This document shows, piece after piece, positions 8,438 through 17,763 of a stretch of DNA of 64,000 nt (position 1 is its first letter; each line of letters begins with the position of its first letter). The translations under genes were made by a program, and so were the position numbers. Below the pieces are notes generated by a model. That model saw nothing but the letters and a program-made list of their open reading frames with translations, was not told the origin of the DNA and did no database searches. The DNA is from Clostridia bacterium (lineage in GTDB: Bacteria; Bacillota; Clostridia; Christensenellales; Borkfalkiaceae), in the NCBI GenBank assembly GCA_028720205.1, contig JAQYLE010000065.1, forward strand, positions 127-64,126, in the 5' to 3' direction.

Positions 8438-10111
8438 ATGGAAGAAAAACAATTTAAAGAACTTCTTAAACAAGAAGATTACGAAGGCGCGGCGGAATGC
8501 GCCCTGAAAGCGGGAGCGGAAGAATTCGCCAGACTTTTGCCTTCCGTTTCCGATCGGCAGTTACAACCCTTGTGCCGCGCGCTGGACAGCGAACTTCTGG
8601 CGCAGACGCTGGTACTGTTGGACGCGTCGCTCCAAAGTAAAATCATCTCCGTATTACGCGACGACGAGTTGCAGGAGGTAATGGACGGCGTTTCGGTAGA
8701 CGACACCGTGGAAATGATCGGCGACATGCCCGATACGCTGGTTCGCAGAATCGCCGAAAAAGAAGAAATCGTCCGCTTGTTTGAAGAGCGGCGTTTTTCC
8801 GTGCTGAAACCCCTGCTTTCCTCGATGAACGCCACCGACGTCGCGGCAGTATTCGAAGAGGTGGAAGAAGAAGATCTGCCCGTTCTGTTCCGCATTCTGC
8901 CAAAAGATCTGGCGGCGGATACGTTCGTGGAAATGGATAAGGACACCCGCGAAAAACTGCTGCACAAATTAAACGACATAGAAGTCAAAGCCGTTATGGA
9001 CGAACTGTTCCTCGACGATACGGTAGACGTCATCGAGGAAATGCCCGCCAACGTGGTGAAGCGTCTCTTATCCATCAGCGACAAAGAAACGCGCGCCTAT
9101 ATCAACGAAATTTTAAAGTATCCCAAAGACAGCGCGGGCAGCATCATGACGATAGAATACGTCTCCCTGCGCCCCGAAATGACGGTGGAAGAGGCGTTTT
9201 CGCGCATACGTAAAACGGCTATCGACAAGGAAACGATTTATACCTGCTACGTTACCGACGCGGCAAACAAATTGCTCGGCTGCGTATCGGCAAAAACGCT
9301 GATGATCTCTTCCCCCGCTACAAAAGTCGCCGAAATTATGGACGAAAACGTAATTTACGCGCATACGGAAGACGACAGAGAAGACGTGGCGCGCAAAATC
9401 TCCAACTACGGTTTCCTTGCCATTCCCGTGGTGGATAACGAACGGCGATTGGTAGGTATCGTCACCGTAGACGACGCCATGGACGTCATTCAGGAGGAAA
9501 ACACCGAAGATATCTCCAAAATGGCAGCCATAACGCCCACGGGCACGCAATATCTGAAAACGAGCGTATGGCAGATCTGGAAAAACCGCATTCCGTGGCT
9601 GTTGGTGCTGATGATCAGCGCAACGTTTACGGGGTTTATATTAAATACGTACGAGTCGCGGCTTTCGGCTATATCCTCCGTGCTGTTCGCCTGCGTACCC
9701 ATGATGATGGATACGGGCGGCAACGCCGGTTCGCAAGCGTCCGTCACCGTCATTCGTTCCCTCGCCTTAGGCGAACTGAAAACAAGCGACGTACTCAAAG
9801 TAATCTGGAAAGAATTCCGCGCGTCCGTGCTTCTGGGGCTTACGCTGGGCGTCGCCTGCTTTTGCAAACTCATACTCATCGATAATCTGCTGTTCGGCTT
9901 TAACGGATATACGCCGCTTCGATGCGCCGTGGTATCTTTTTCGCTGGTGCTCACCGTAATCGTGGCGAAACTTGTAGGCTGTACGCTTCCGTTGCTCGCG
10001 AAAAAATGCAAACTCGACCCCGCCGTGGTGGCAAGTCCGTTTATCACCACTATCGTCGACGCCATCTCGCTGATTTTGTATTGCAACCTCTCGGTAGCGA
10101 TTTTAGCCTGA
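8438..10111 (+). CDS. mgtE: Magnesium transporter MgtE
   Basis: MgtE N-domain, a CBS pair (IMDENVIYA..., FLAIPVVDNERRLVGIVTVDD) and a TM domain with MMMDTGGNAGSQ. ATG 8438 is preferred over the TTG at 8420. Confidence 0.9.
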   Translation: MEEKQFKELLKQEDYEGAAECALKAGAEEFARLLPSVSDRQLQPLCRALDSELLAQTLVLLDASLQSKIISVLRDDELQEVMDGVSVDDTVEMIGDMPDTLVRRIAEKEEIVRLFEERRFSVLKPLLSSMNATDVAAVFEEVEEEDLPVLFRILPKDLAADTFVEMDKDTREKLLHKLNDIEVKAVMDELFLDDTVDVIEEMPANVVKRLLSISDKETRAYINEILKYPKDSAGSIMTIEYVSLRPEMTVEEAFSRIRKTAIDKETIYTCYVTDAANKLLGCVSAKTLMISSPATKVAEIMDENVIYAHTEDDREDVARKISNYGFLAIPVVDNERRLVGIVTVDDAMDVIQEENTEDISKMAAITPTGTQYLKTSVWQIWKNRIPWLLVLMISATFTGFILNTYESRLSAISSVLFACVPMMMDTGGNAGSQASVTVIRSLALGELKTSDVLKVIWKEFRASVLLGLTLGVACFCKLILIDNLLFGFNGYTPLRCAVVSFSLVLTVIVAKLVGCTLPLLAKKCKLDPAVVASPFITTIVDAISLILYCNLSVAILA

Positions 10112-10247
10112 ATTTACGCCTTTTTTCAAGGCGCAAGAAAACTTTGCCTCGTCTTTTTTCCCGCTGACGTTTTTCGTTCCGCCGGAAATTTTTTTCCGAC
10201 TTTTTCTGCGTTTTTTTGTCGAAATTTTTAAACGATATTCAAAAATC

Positions 10248-10276
10248 TTGACAAAACAACCGGTTTGTGTTATAAA
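10248..10276 (+). promoter_or_regulatory. SigA-type promoter
   Basis: TTGACA (10248-10253), 17-nt spacer, TGtTATAAA (10268-10276). Confidence 0.5.
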
Positions 10277-10343
10277 TAATTAAGCAATAAAAAACACCGA
10301 CGCGGCGTAGAAAAGCGCGTTGCCGACCTCCGCAAAAAACGGT

Positions 10344-10375
10344 ATTGCCGCATTGTTGCATTGTCGCATTGCCGC
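10344..10375 (+). repeat. Four tandem 8-mers ATTGNNGC (ATTGCCGC ATTGTTGC ATTGTCGC ATTGCCGC) in a 5' leader
   Basis: Read directly. It lies between the promoter at 10248 and the ATG at 10492. Confidence 0.9.
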
Positions 10376-10491
10376 CGCTTTGCAAGAAGGGTAAACGTGT
10401 TGATGGGGCAGAGCGACGTAGAGGCTCGCGGAATGTTCGAAGACGACGCCACTTTTAAAAACGGAGAAAATCAAGGGGAAGTAAACGGAAA

Positions 10492-11502
10492 ATGAGCGGC
10501 AAACGTCCGATGTGTAAAAGCGGTTCAATCACTTATAACAAACGCTACGTTTTATCGCGGCGCGCCCTTATTTTCTGGACGCTGTTTATCGGAACAGGCG
10601 CGCTGTGGGGCTCGCTTTGCATGCTGATCGATCCCTCGGGAAAAATTCTGCGTATGGACGGCATGCTCCCCTACTTTCAGGTGCTGCCGTTTGCCGAAAC
10701 GCTTTTTCGCGATTATATTTTTTCGGGCATTGCCCTGCTTATCGTAAACGGACTGACCAATCTTACCGCGGCGTTTCTGCTGTTCAGGCGCAAAAAGGCG
10801 GGCGAACTCCTCGGCGGCGCGTTCGGCGTTACGCTGATGCTTTGGATTGTGATACAATTTATTATTTTTCCGTTTAATTTTTTGTCTACGGCGTATTTTA
10901 TCTTCGGGGCGTTGCAAAGCCTTACGGGCGCGCTTTGCCTTATCGGCAGAGCGCAAAGCGAATTTGCCGCCGCCCTGAAAGAAAAAATCGAAAATAACGG
11001 ATACGGTCGCGTCGGCTTAAACGGAAAAAAACTCGTCGTGTATTTTTCGCGCAAGGGTTACGTAAAAAAAATCGCATACGATCTGGCTAACGCAAGCGGC
11101 GCCGATATTTTCGCTCTTTCGGTAAACGAGCGCACGAAGGGCAACGCGGGCTTCTGGTGGTGCGGCAGATACGGTATGTTGCGCCGCCCTATGGAAATTT
11201 CCGCCTTACCCGAAAATCTCGGCTTTTACGACGAAGTTACCGTATGTTTCCCCGTGTGGGTCTTCGGTATCTGCGCGCCCGTAAAAGATTTCCTCATCAA
11301 GGCAAAAGGGCAAGTGCGCGCCGTACGGTACGCGGCGGTGCATTTTATGAACGCCTCTTTTCGCTCGCTTGCCGACGAAGCGGATTCGTTAATCGGCTTA
11401 AAACGCCTTTCGTTCCAATCGTACCGCTGTCGGTTTGGCAAAATAAAAAACGTTACGCCCGCGCCCGTCGCAACGCCCGGCGAAAATCCCGATAAGAACT
11501 AA
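10492..11502 (+). CDS. Membrane protein with C-terminal flavodoxin-like domain
   Basis: 336 aa. About four hydrophobic helices in the first ~160 aa, then an alpha/beta segment starting KKLVVYFSRKGYVKKIAYDLA, typical of flavodoxin-family proteins. Confidence 0.65.
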   Translation: MSGKRPMCKSGSITYNKRYVLSRRALIFWTLFIGTGALWGSLCMLIDPSGKILRMDGMLPYFQVLPFAETLFRDYIFSGIALLIVNGLTNLTAAFLLFRRKKAGELLGGAFGVTLMLWIVIQFIIFPFNFLSTAYFIFGALQSLTGALCLIGRAQSEFAAALKEKIENNGYGRVGLNGKKLVVYFSRKGYVKKIAYDLANASGADIFALSVNERTKGNAGFWWCGRYGMLRRPMEISALPENLGFYDEVTVCFPVWVFGICAPVKDFLIKAKGQVRAVRYAAVHFMNASFRSLADEADSLIGLKRLSFQSYRCRFGKIKNVTPAPVATPGENPDKN

Positions 11503-11658
11503 TCTATCATGGAAAAAAAGTACAACGGCATTGATGTCCGCATTTGTGCGCGCGTTTCACGCGGAAAACGAATCCCACTCTTCGTCGGTAAGCAGAGAAC
11601 GCGCGGCGAAGTCGTTAAATACGGGGCGAACAATACGTTAACCGCCCGCCGCCGATAT

Positions 11659-11682
11659 CGCGATTGTGTTCGCGATTGTGTT
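11659..11682. repeat. Perfect 12-bp tandem duplication (CGCGATTGTGTT x2)
   Basis: 11659-11670 is identical to 11671-11682. Confidence 0.95.
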
Positions 11683-11770
11683 TCGTAGCGCGGCGCCGAC
11701 GCGTTCCGCCACCGCCTGCTTATACCGATACGGCATAAACCGAAATTTTATAAAAAGGAGACTTTTTAGT

Positions 11771-12484
11771 ATGATCAAACCGAACAAACGCATTTTACTT
11801 GTTTCCACGGCGCTGTTTGCGCTGTTTGCGCTGTTCACAGTGCTCGTTGCCACGGTAGACGTAGCCGCGGGCAAGGTTGCGGGCACGAAAATCGGTTTCT
11901 CGCACCTGAATCTTACTTTTTTCGATAAAACTCACCCGAACGGCACGTACAACGCCGCGTTATATACGTTCAGCGACGTTCTTGGTAAAATCGCTCTTCT
12001 GGAAGCGGCGGCGTTTGCGGCGTACGGCGTATGGCAGGCGATTAAGCGCAAAAGTATGAAAAAAGCGGACGCAGATCTTTACGTTCTCGCCGCTACGTAC
12101 GTAATCCTTGCGTTGTTTTACGTTGCTTTCGAATTTATCGTTGTCAATCATCGTCCCGTTCTTTTGGAAGGCGGCGAAGCGGAAGCCTCGTATCCTTCTT
12201 CGCATACTATGCTTGCGTGCACCATATTCGGCACGGGGATTTTTATGCTCTGCCGCAGAATCCGCGGCAACCACGCCAAGGCGTTTAAAATTCTTGCCGC
12301 CGCGGTAAGCGCGGCGCTGGCGCTTGCCACCGTACTCGGCAGGGCTTTCAGCGGCGTGCATTATTTAACGGATATTTTGGGCGGCTTGCTCCTTTCCGCG
12401 GCGATCGTCGCGCTGTTTTCTGCGTTTTTGCCCCCGCAAAACGCCGACGGAACGGAAAACTGCAAAACGGACGCGGCGGAATAA
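11771..12484 (+). CDS. PAP2-family phosphatase (membrane)
   Basis: Start at ATG 11771 (SD AAGGAG). PAP2 motifs are present: ...NHRP, YPSSHT, GRAFSGVHYLTD. The N-terminal TM carries a 9-bp x3 repeat (ALFALFALF, 11810-11836). Confidence 0.8.
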   Translation: MIKPNKRILLVSTALFALFALFTVLVATVDVAAGKVAGTKIGFSHLNLTFFDKTHPNGTYNAALYTFSDVLGKIALLEAAAFAAYGVWQAIKRKSMKKADADLYVLAATYVILALFYVAFEFIVVNHRPVLLEGGEAEASYPSSHTMLACTIFGTGIFMLCRRIRGNHAKAFKILAAAVSAALALATVLGRAFSGVHYLTDILGGLLLSAAIVALFSAFLPPQNADGTENCKTDAAE

Positions 12485-12716
12485 TATCTGATTACCGCGC
12501 AATATTTCATTACCGCGCAATCGCACGCGAAAGAACATATTTTTCGAAAAAAACAAAAAACTTTGTAAAGGAGATAAAGTAAATTATGAAAAAAACGATT
12601 AACGCAACGGAGAGTGCGCGCTGACCGGGAAGTCGGCAAATACCGCCGTTCCTCTCGGAAAATTCGCCTTTCCGGAGAAATTCCGGAACAACAAAAAATT
12701 TTTTAAGAGGAATGTT

Positions 12717-13202
12717 ATGAATACACAAGAATATTTCGGGGCGCATGCGCGCTCCGACGGTTTTATATGCGCCGTATGCGGCGCGGAAGTATCCGACGGT
12801 TTTATATGCGCCGTATGCGGCGCGGAAGTACTTGCGCAAGGCGCGGGTACGAAGCACAGAAACCATTGTCCCCGTTGCCTTTGCAGCGTGCACCTCGACG
12901 ATACGCTTCCGGGCGACAGAGCGGCAAATTGCAACGGCGTAATGCGCCCCGTTGCCGTGCAGGTAAAGAAAAACGGCGAATGGGCGATTATGCACCGCTG
13001 CGAAAAATGCGGCAGGCTTTCCGCCAACCGAATCGCCGCCGACGACGATCCGCTCTCTCTTCTTTCTCTGGCGTTACGGCCGCTTTGTTCCCTGCCCTTT
13101 CCGCCGGAACATATCGCGGCGTATTACCGGGCGGAAGCGGGCTTACCCGCGGTACGTGCGGAAACTGACGCAATCGGGCACGAATCGTCAGGAAAAAAAT
13201 AA
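12717..13202 (+). CDS. RNHCP domain-containing zinc-ribbon protein
   Basis: Literal KHRNHCPRCLCSVHLD motif plus CEKCG. Contains an in-frame 13-aa duplication. Confidence 0.8.
   Translation: MNTQEYFGAHARSDGFICAVCGAEVSDGFICAVCGAEVLAQGAGTKHRNHCPRCLCSVHLDDTLPGDRAANCNGVMRPVAVQVKKNGEWAIMHRCEKCGRLSANRIAADDDPLSLLSLALRPLCSLPFPPEHIAAYYRAEAGLPAVRAETDAIGHESSGKK
12753..12830 (+). repeat. Perfect 39-bp in-frame tandem duplication inside the RNHCP gene
   Basis: 12753-12791 is identical to 12792-12830 and encodes SDGFICAVCGAEV twice, duplicating a CxxC knuckle. Confidence 0.95.
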
Positions 13203-13241
13203 AAATATCCGCTATACTGTATAGTGCACGGAGGAGAGAGC

Positions 13242-14105
13242 ATGAATTACGTTTCCGCCATTCAGCGGGCGATAAATTACGTAGAGGATCACCTTACGGA
13301 AAGACTGACGTTCGACGAGATCGCAAAGCAGGCGTACTTTTCGAGTTTTTCTTTCCAGCGGGCGTTCTCGCTGCTTTGCGGAATATCGCTCGGAGATTAC
13401 ATACGCTTTCGCAGGCTTTCCGTTGCGGGCGAAGAAATCGCGCGTAAAAAGACGAAAGTAATCGACGCGGCGCTGCGTTACGGCTACGAATCGCCCGAAA
13501 GTTTTACGCGCGCGTTCACGGCGTTTCACGGCGTTACGCCGCGCGAAGCGGGAAAAAGCGGAAAAATACGTTCGTTCTCTCCCCTTACCGTAAAACTAAT
13601 CGTAAGCGGAGGCAATTTAATGGAATACTCTATCAAAAAACTCGACGATTTTCAAATCGTCTGCAAAAGAAAGAATTTCAAAAAGCAACAGGAAATCACC
13701 ACGCGCGAAATTTCGTCGTTCTGGCAGGAGTGCGGTAAAAACGGCGTAACGCAACGGCTCATAAACCGCATTCCCGCAAACCCGCGTTTGCAAGGGTTGC
13801 TTGGCGTTTCCTTTTCCGCCGAAGGCGACGGAGCGGAATTCCCCTACGGCTTAGCGGCGGAATATAACGGCGAACCCGTGCCCGAAGGGTTTGAACTGAT
13901 TACCCTGCCTGCGGCGACGTACGCCGTGTTTCCCGTACGGGGAAAAATGCCCGACGCGTTCGTGGAGACGTATACGAAAATCTGCAAGGAATTTTTTCCG
14001 CAGAGCGGCTACGAATACGCAAACGGCGCCGAAATAGAGGTTTACCCCTCAAACGATACTCAAAATCCGGATTATTACTGTGAAATCTGGGTGGCGGTGA
14101 AATAG
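13242..14105 (+). CDS. AraC-family transcriptional regulator with GyrI-like effector-binding domain
   Basis: Start at ATG 13242 (SD GGAGGAG). HTH_AraC region (YESPESFTRAFTAFHGVTPREA) and a C-terminal GyrI-like/Cass2-type half. Confidence 0.85.
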   Translation: MNYVSAIQRAINYVEDHLTERLTFDEIAKQAYFSSFSFQRAFSLLCGISLGDYIRFRRLSVAGEEIARKKTKVIDAALRYGYESPESFTRAFTAFHGVTPREAGKSGKIRSFSPLTVKLIVSGGNLMEYSIKKLDDFQIVCKRKNFKKQQEITTREISSFWQECGKNGVTQRLINRIPANPRLQGLLGVSFSAEGDGAEFPYGLAAEYNGEPVPEGFELITLPAATYAVFPVRGKMPDAFVETYTKICKEFFPQSGYEYANGAEIEVYPSNDTQNPDYYCEIWVAVK

Positions 14106-14195
14106 TTTTTTCGGCGGCGGCAACGGGAACGGAAGATTTTTATTCTCCGTAAAAACTTCGCGATTTTTTCACTTGTTTTTTTGGGCATTTTGCTC

Positions 14196-14228
14196 AGGCG
14201 GAACGCTTGCGTTCCGCCTCTTTTTTTA
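14196..14228 (+). terminator. Intrinsic terminator after the AraC-family gene
   Basis: AGGCGGAACG-CTTG-CGTTCCGCCT perfect 10-bp stem followed by CTTTTTTT. Confidence 0.75.
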
Positions 14229-14290
14229 GTATAATTTTATTATATAAAACAACGTTTTTTACATTTCCATATTTTACGTAAGAGGTTTTT

Positions 14291-15778
14291 ATGAATAAAA
14301 TCGGATTCGACAACGACAAATACCTTTCTTTGCAGACCGAACACATCCGCCGCCGCGTAGACCGATTCGGCGATAAACTTTATCTGGAATTCGGCGGAAA
14401 ATTATTCGACGATTATCACGCTTCCCGCGTTCTGCCGGGATTCGCGCCCGATTCTAAATTACAGATGCTGTTAAAAATGAAAGACGAGGCGGAAATCGTT
14501 ATCGTTATCAATTCCGACGCGATCGAACAGTGCAAAATGCGAGGCGACCTCGGCATCACTTACGATATGGACGTGTTGCGGCTGATCGACGCGTTCCGCG
14601 AAGTGGGGCTTTACGTAGGCAGCGTATGTTTAACGCAGTTTTCCGATCAGAAACTTGCCAAACAGTTCGAACGCACGCTGAAAAAACTCGGCGTAAAAAC
14701 CTATCGCCATTACCCCATCGCCGGCTATCCGTACGACGTGGACGGCATCGTATCAGAAAACGGACTGGGGAAAAACGAATACATAGAAACTTCCCGCCGC
14801 CTGATCGTCGTCACCGCGCCGGGCCCCGGCAGCGGTAAAATGGCTACGTGTATTTCGCAACTTTATCACGACAATAAGCGCGGCGTAAAATCGGGCTATG
14901 CGAAATTCGAAACATTCCCCGTCTGGAATCTTCCCCTCAAACACATGGTTAACGTGGCGTACGAGGCGGCCACAGCCGATCTGAACGACATCAACATGAT
15001 CGATCCGTATCACCTCGAAGCCTACGGAATAAGCACGGTGAATTACAACCGCGACGTGGAGATTTTTCCCGTTTTAAACCGCCTTTTTCAAAAAATTTAC
15101 GGCGAAGAAATATACAAATCTCCCACGGATATGGGCGTGAATATGGCGGGCAACTGCATTATCGACGACGCCGTTTGCGTAGAGGCTTCCCGTCAGGAAA
15201 TCGTACGGCGATACTTCACCGCTCTTGTCGATCGGCGCAACGATAAAGCGGGCGACAACGTTGTGGCGAAACTCGAATTTTTAATGCAGCAGAACGAAAT
15301 TTCCGTTTCGATTCGCAAAGCGGTTGCCGCGGCGCGCGAAAAGGCGGAAAAAACGGGCGAACCCGCCTGCGCCGTCGAACTCAACGACGGCACTATCGTA
15401 ACGGGAAAAACCTCGCGCTTGCTCGGCGCCGTAAGCGCAATGCTTTTAAACGCGTTAAAAACGCTTGCGGGCATCGACGATAAGGTTATGCTGTTATCGC
15501 CCGGACTGATCGAACCCATACAGCGCTTGAAAACCGTACACCTCGGCGGACACAATCCCCGGCTTCATTCCGACGAGATTTTAATCGCGCTTTCCATCTC
15601 CGCGGTAACGAATCCCGTCGCGGCGCTCGCCATGCAATCGCTGTCGCTGTTAAAAGGCGCGGAATGCCACTCCACCGTTATACTTTCTCAGGTGGACGTA
15701 AACGTGCTGAAAAAACTCGGCGTTAATTACACCGCCGACCCGATTTATCAGACGAAAAAACTGTATCACGCCAAATAA
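14291..15778 (+). CDS. DUF1846 / UPF0371 family protein
   Basis: 495 aa. The N-terminus (GFDNDKYLSLQTEHIRRRV...FGGKLFDDYHASRVLPGF) matches my memory of UPF0371 proteins of Firmicutes. Confidence 0.75.
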   Translation: MNKIGFDNDKYLSLQTEHIRRRVDRFGDKLYLEFGGKLFDDYHASRVLPGFAPDSKLQMLLKMKDEAEIVIVINSDAIEQCKMRGDLGITYDMDVLRLIDAFREVGLYVGSVCLTQFSDQKLAKQFERTLKKLGVKTYRHYPIAGYPYDVDGIVSENGLGKNEYIETSRRLIVVTAPGPGSGKMATCISQLYHDNKRGVKSGYAKFETFPVWNLPLKHMVNVAYEAATADLNDINMIDPYHLEAYGISTVNYNRDVEIFPVLNRLFQKIYGEEIYKSPTDMGVNMAGNCIIDDAVCVEASRQEIVRRYFTALVDRRNDKAGDNVVAKLEFLMQQNEISVSIRKAVAAAREKAEKTGEPACAVELNDGTIVTGKTSRLLGAVSAMLLNALKTLAGIDDKVMLLSPGLIEPIQRLKTVHLGGHNPRLHSDEILIALSISAVTNPVAALAMQSLSLLKGAECHSTVILSQVDVNVLKKLGVNYTADPIYQTKKLYHAK

Positions 15779-15819
15779 CGCGCCTTCTCAGTATCTTTTA
15801 AAGATTACGCCGAAAATTC

Positions 15820-15848
15820 TTGACAATGTTCTTCCTATTTGTTATAAT
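15820..15848 (+). promoter_or_regulatory. SigA-type promoter of degV-like gene
   Basis: TTGACA (15820-15825), 17-nt spacer, TGtTATAAT (15840-15848). Confidence 0.5.
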
Positions 15849-15911
15849 TGTAATTGTTTTATATGACAAATTTTTTAAAATCTGCCGTTTTTTTATATTA
15901 AGAGGTTTACG

Positions 15912-16793
15912 ATGAACGATTACGATTATGAGATTGTCACCGACGCATCGGCGGATATATCCGACGCGGCGATACAAAAATATTCTATTAAATTTATTCC
16001 GATGCGCTATACCTTCGGCGACGAAGAAAAGGTATGGTCCGGCACGGGAAGCGAGGAAGAAAAACACCGTTTTTATCTTGCGGAACGTAACGGCGCGGTT
16101 GTAAAGAGCACGCAGATAAATCCGGAAAGTTACCGCGAATTTTTCGAGCCGTACGCAAAAGAGGGAAAAAGTGTTTTATACCTCTGCCTTTCGGGCGGCT
16201 TATCGCAGACGTTCGCTTCTGCCGTTTCGGCGGCGAAAGAACTCGCCGAAGTATATCCGCAAAGCAAAATAATCTGTATCGATTCGCTTTCCGCCACCGT
16301 GGGCTTAGGGCTCTTAACGGAACTTGCGGCAAAAAACCGTGAGAGCGGCATGTCGCCGGAAGAAAACGCCGCGAAAATCGAAAATGTCAAACTCAATCTT
16401 TGTCATTGGTTCACCGTAGACGATCTGGGGTTTTTAAAACGCGGCGGAAGAATTCCCGCAAGTCTTGCCGCCATCGGAAAAATGTTGCACATCAAGCCGA
16501 TCATGCGCATCGGAGAAGACGGGAAACTGGGCGCAATCGGCAAAAAAATCGGTTTGAAGTTTGCCTTTAACGAACTTGCGTCGCTGTATTCGTCGCATTC
16601 CTCCAAAGGCGAAAACGAAGATATACGCATCGTGCACTGCGATTGCCCCGCCTTCGCCGAATCGGTAAAAAAAGCCGTATTGAAAATCAACCCCTCCGCC
16701 AATATAGAAATACAAACGATGTCTCCGATTATCGGCATACACGTGGGGTACGACGTGGTGGGCGTCGTTCACTTCGGAACCCGCACGAAATAA
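15912..16793 (+). CDS. DegV family fatty-acid-binding protein
   Basis: 293 aa. IVTDASADI N-terminus, LSGGLSQTF block, and typical size and layout for DegV. Confidence 0.85.
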   Translation: MNDYDYEIVTDASADISDAAIQKYSIKFIPMRYTFGDEEKVWSGTGSEEEKHRFYLAERNGAVVKSTQINPESYREFFEPYAKEGKSVLYLCLSGGLSQTFASAVSAAKELAEVYPQSKIICIDSLSATVGLGLLTELAAKNRESGMSPEENAAKIENVKLNLCHWFTVDDLGFLKRGGRIPASLAAIGKMLHIKPIMRIGEDGKLGAIGKKIGLKFAFNELASLYSSHSSKGENEDIRIVHCDCPAFAESVKKAVLKINPSANIEIQTMSPIIGIHVGYDVVGVVHFGTRTK

Positions 16794-16925
16794 TTCACGC
16801 CCCGTTATTTTCTATTACGCCCCGCGGATTTCATTCCGAAAACAGCCGTTTCGCGCGGTAAATTTCCGTCTTTGCTTTTCGGGATTACTTTTCACGATTA
16901 CTTAGGAAAAATCGCATAAAAACAG

Positions 16926-16954
16926 TTGACAAAACTTAAAAAAGAGAATATAAT
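16926..16954 (+). promoter_or_regulatory. Consensus SigA promoter of tRNA-Arg
   Basis: TTGACA (16926-16931), 17-nt spacer, TATAAT (16949-16954), 20 nt before the tRNA 5' end. Confidence 0.6.
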
Positions 16955-16974
16955 ATGGAAGCAATTACAGACAT

Positions 16975-17051
16975 GCGCCGTTAGCTCAATTGGATAGAGC
17001 GTTGGTCTACGGAACCAAAGGCTAGGGATTCGAGTTCCTTACGGCGCACCA
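16975..17051 (+). tRNA. tRNA-Arg (anticodon ACG), CCA encoded
   Basis: Cloverleaf folded by hand: acceptor GCGCCGT/ACGGCGC, D stem GCTC/GAGC, anticodon stem TTGGT/ACCAA with loop CTACGGA, T arm AGGGA-TTCGAGT-TCCTT, discriminator A plus CCA. Confidence 0.9.
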
Positions 17052-17127
17052 GAGCGACTAAATCCGAATTATTTGCTGATAACCGGCGAATGGTTCGGAT
17101 TTACTTTAAAAAAAGAGGTGCGGAAAA

Positions 17128-17595
17128 ATGACGGACGAAACAATATGCGGAACGGATTGCGGAATATGCAGTTTAAAGCAGAATTGCGGCGGTTGCGCGG
17201 CGACAGGCGGACGTCCTTTCGGCGGCGAATGTATACTCGCGACGTGCTGCAAAAATAAAGGATACGAGCGTTGCAATGCCTGCTTGGGCAACTTCTGCGG
17301 GCTGAAAAAACAATTAATCGACGAATTCAACGCTCTCGGAATAGCCGACATGAAAAAGGTAACGGATCTTTACCCTCTGAAAGGTTCTTTCGTCAACTTA
17401 GAATATACTCTTGAAAACGGACGGAAAATTAAGTTCTGGGACGATAACAAAATCTGCTTAGGCAATCAGATCGGCAAAGAAAACGGCAACCGTTGTTATG
17501 GTTTAACAGCCGATGAAAATTATCTTTTGGTGTGCGAATACGGCGAGAATTGCGCCGATCCGGAGATAATCGTGTATAAGAAACGAAAAAAATAA
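17128..17595 (+). CDS. Cysteine-rich hypothetical protein (possibly DUF3795-like metal-binding)
   Basis: 155 aa with 13 Cys in the first ~60 aa (CGTDCGICSLKQNCGGC...CCKNKGYERCNACLGNFC). SD GAGGTG precedes the ATG. The family label is tentative. Confidence 0.65.
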   Translation: MTDETICGTDCGICSLKQNCGGCAATGGRPFGGECILATCCKNKGYERCNACLGNFCGLKKQLIDEFNALGIADMKKVTDLYPLKGSFVNLEYTLENGRKIKFWDDNKICLGNQIGKENGNRCYGLTADENYLLVCEYGENCADPEIIVYKKRKK

Positions 17596-17763
17596 CGGCG
17601 CCCCTCCCGCTTTCTTCGGGTTCGTCTGTTTAAAAAGCGGATCAGGAATCTCCGTCTACGAAAAATATACCGGATATTACGATAAAAACGACGCCGTTGT
17701 ATACGACGCCGCTTTTATTATAAAGGAGAATAGAAGAAAAGTGTCAATTTTAAAAGCGTTTCG

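Noticed and set aside
8105-8473. 122-aa minus-strand ORF covering the mgtE leader.
   Set aside because: It has no SD and a K/R/F-rich low-complexity product. It overlaps the plus-strand promoter and the mgtE start, so the region is better explained as a 5' leader.
12586-12624. 12-codon mini-ORF (MKKTINATESAR) upstream of the RNHCP gene.
   Set aside because: The SD-to-ATG spacing is about 12 nt, which is too long. No supporting structure or coupling was found, so it is likely chance.
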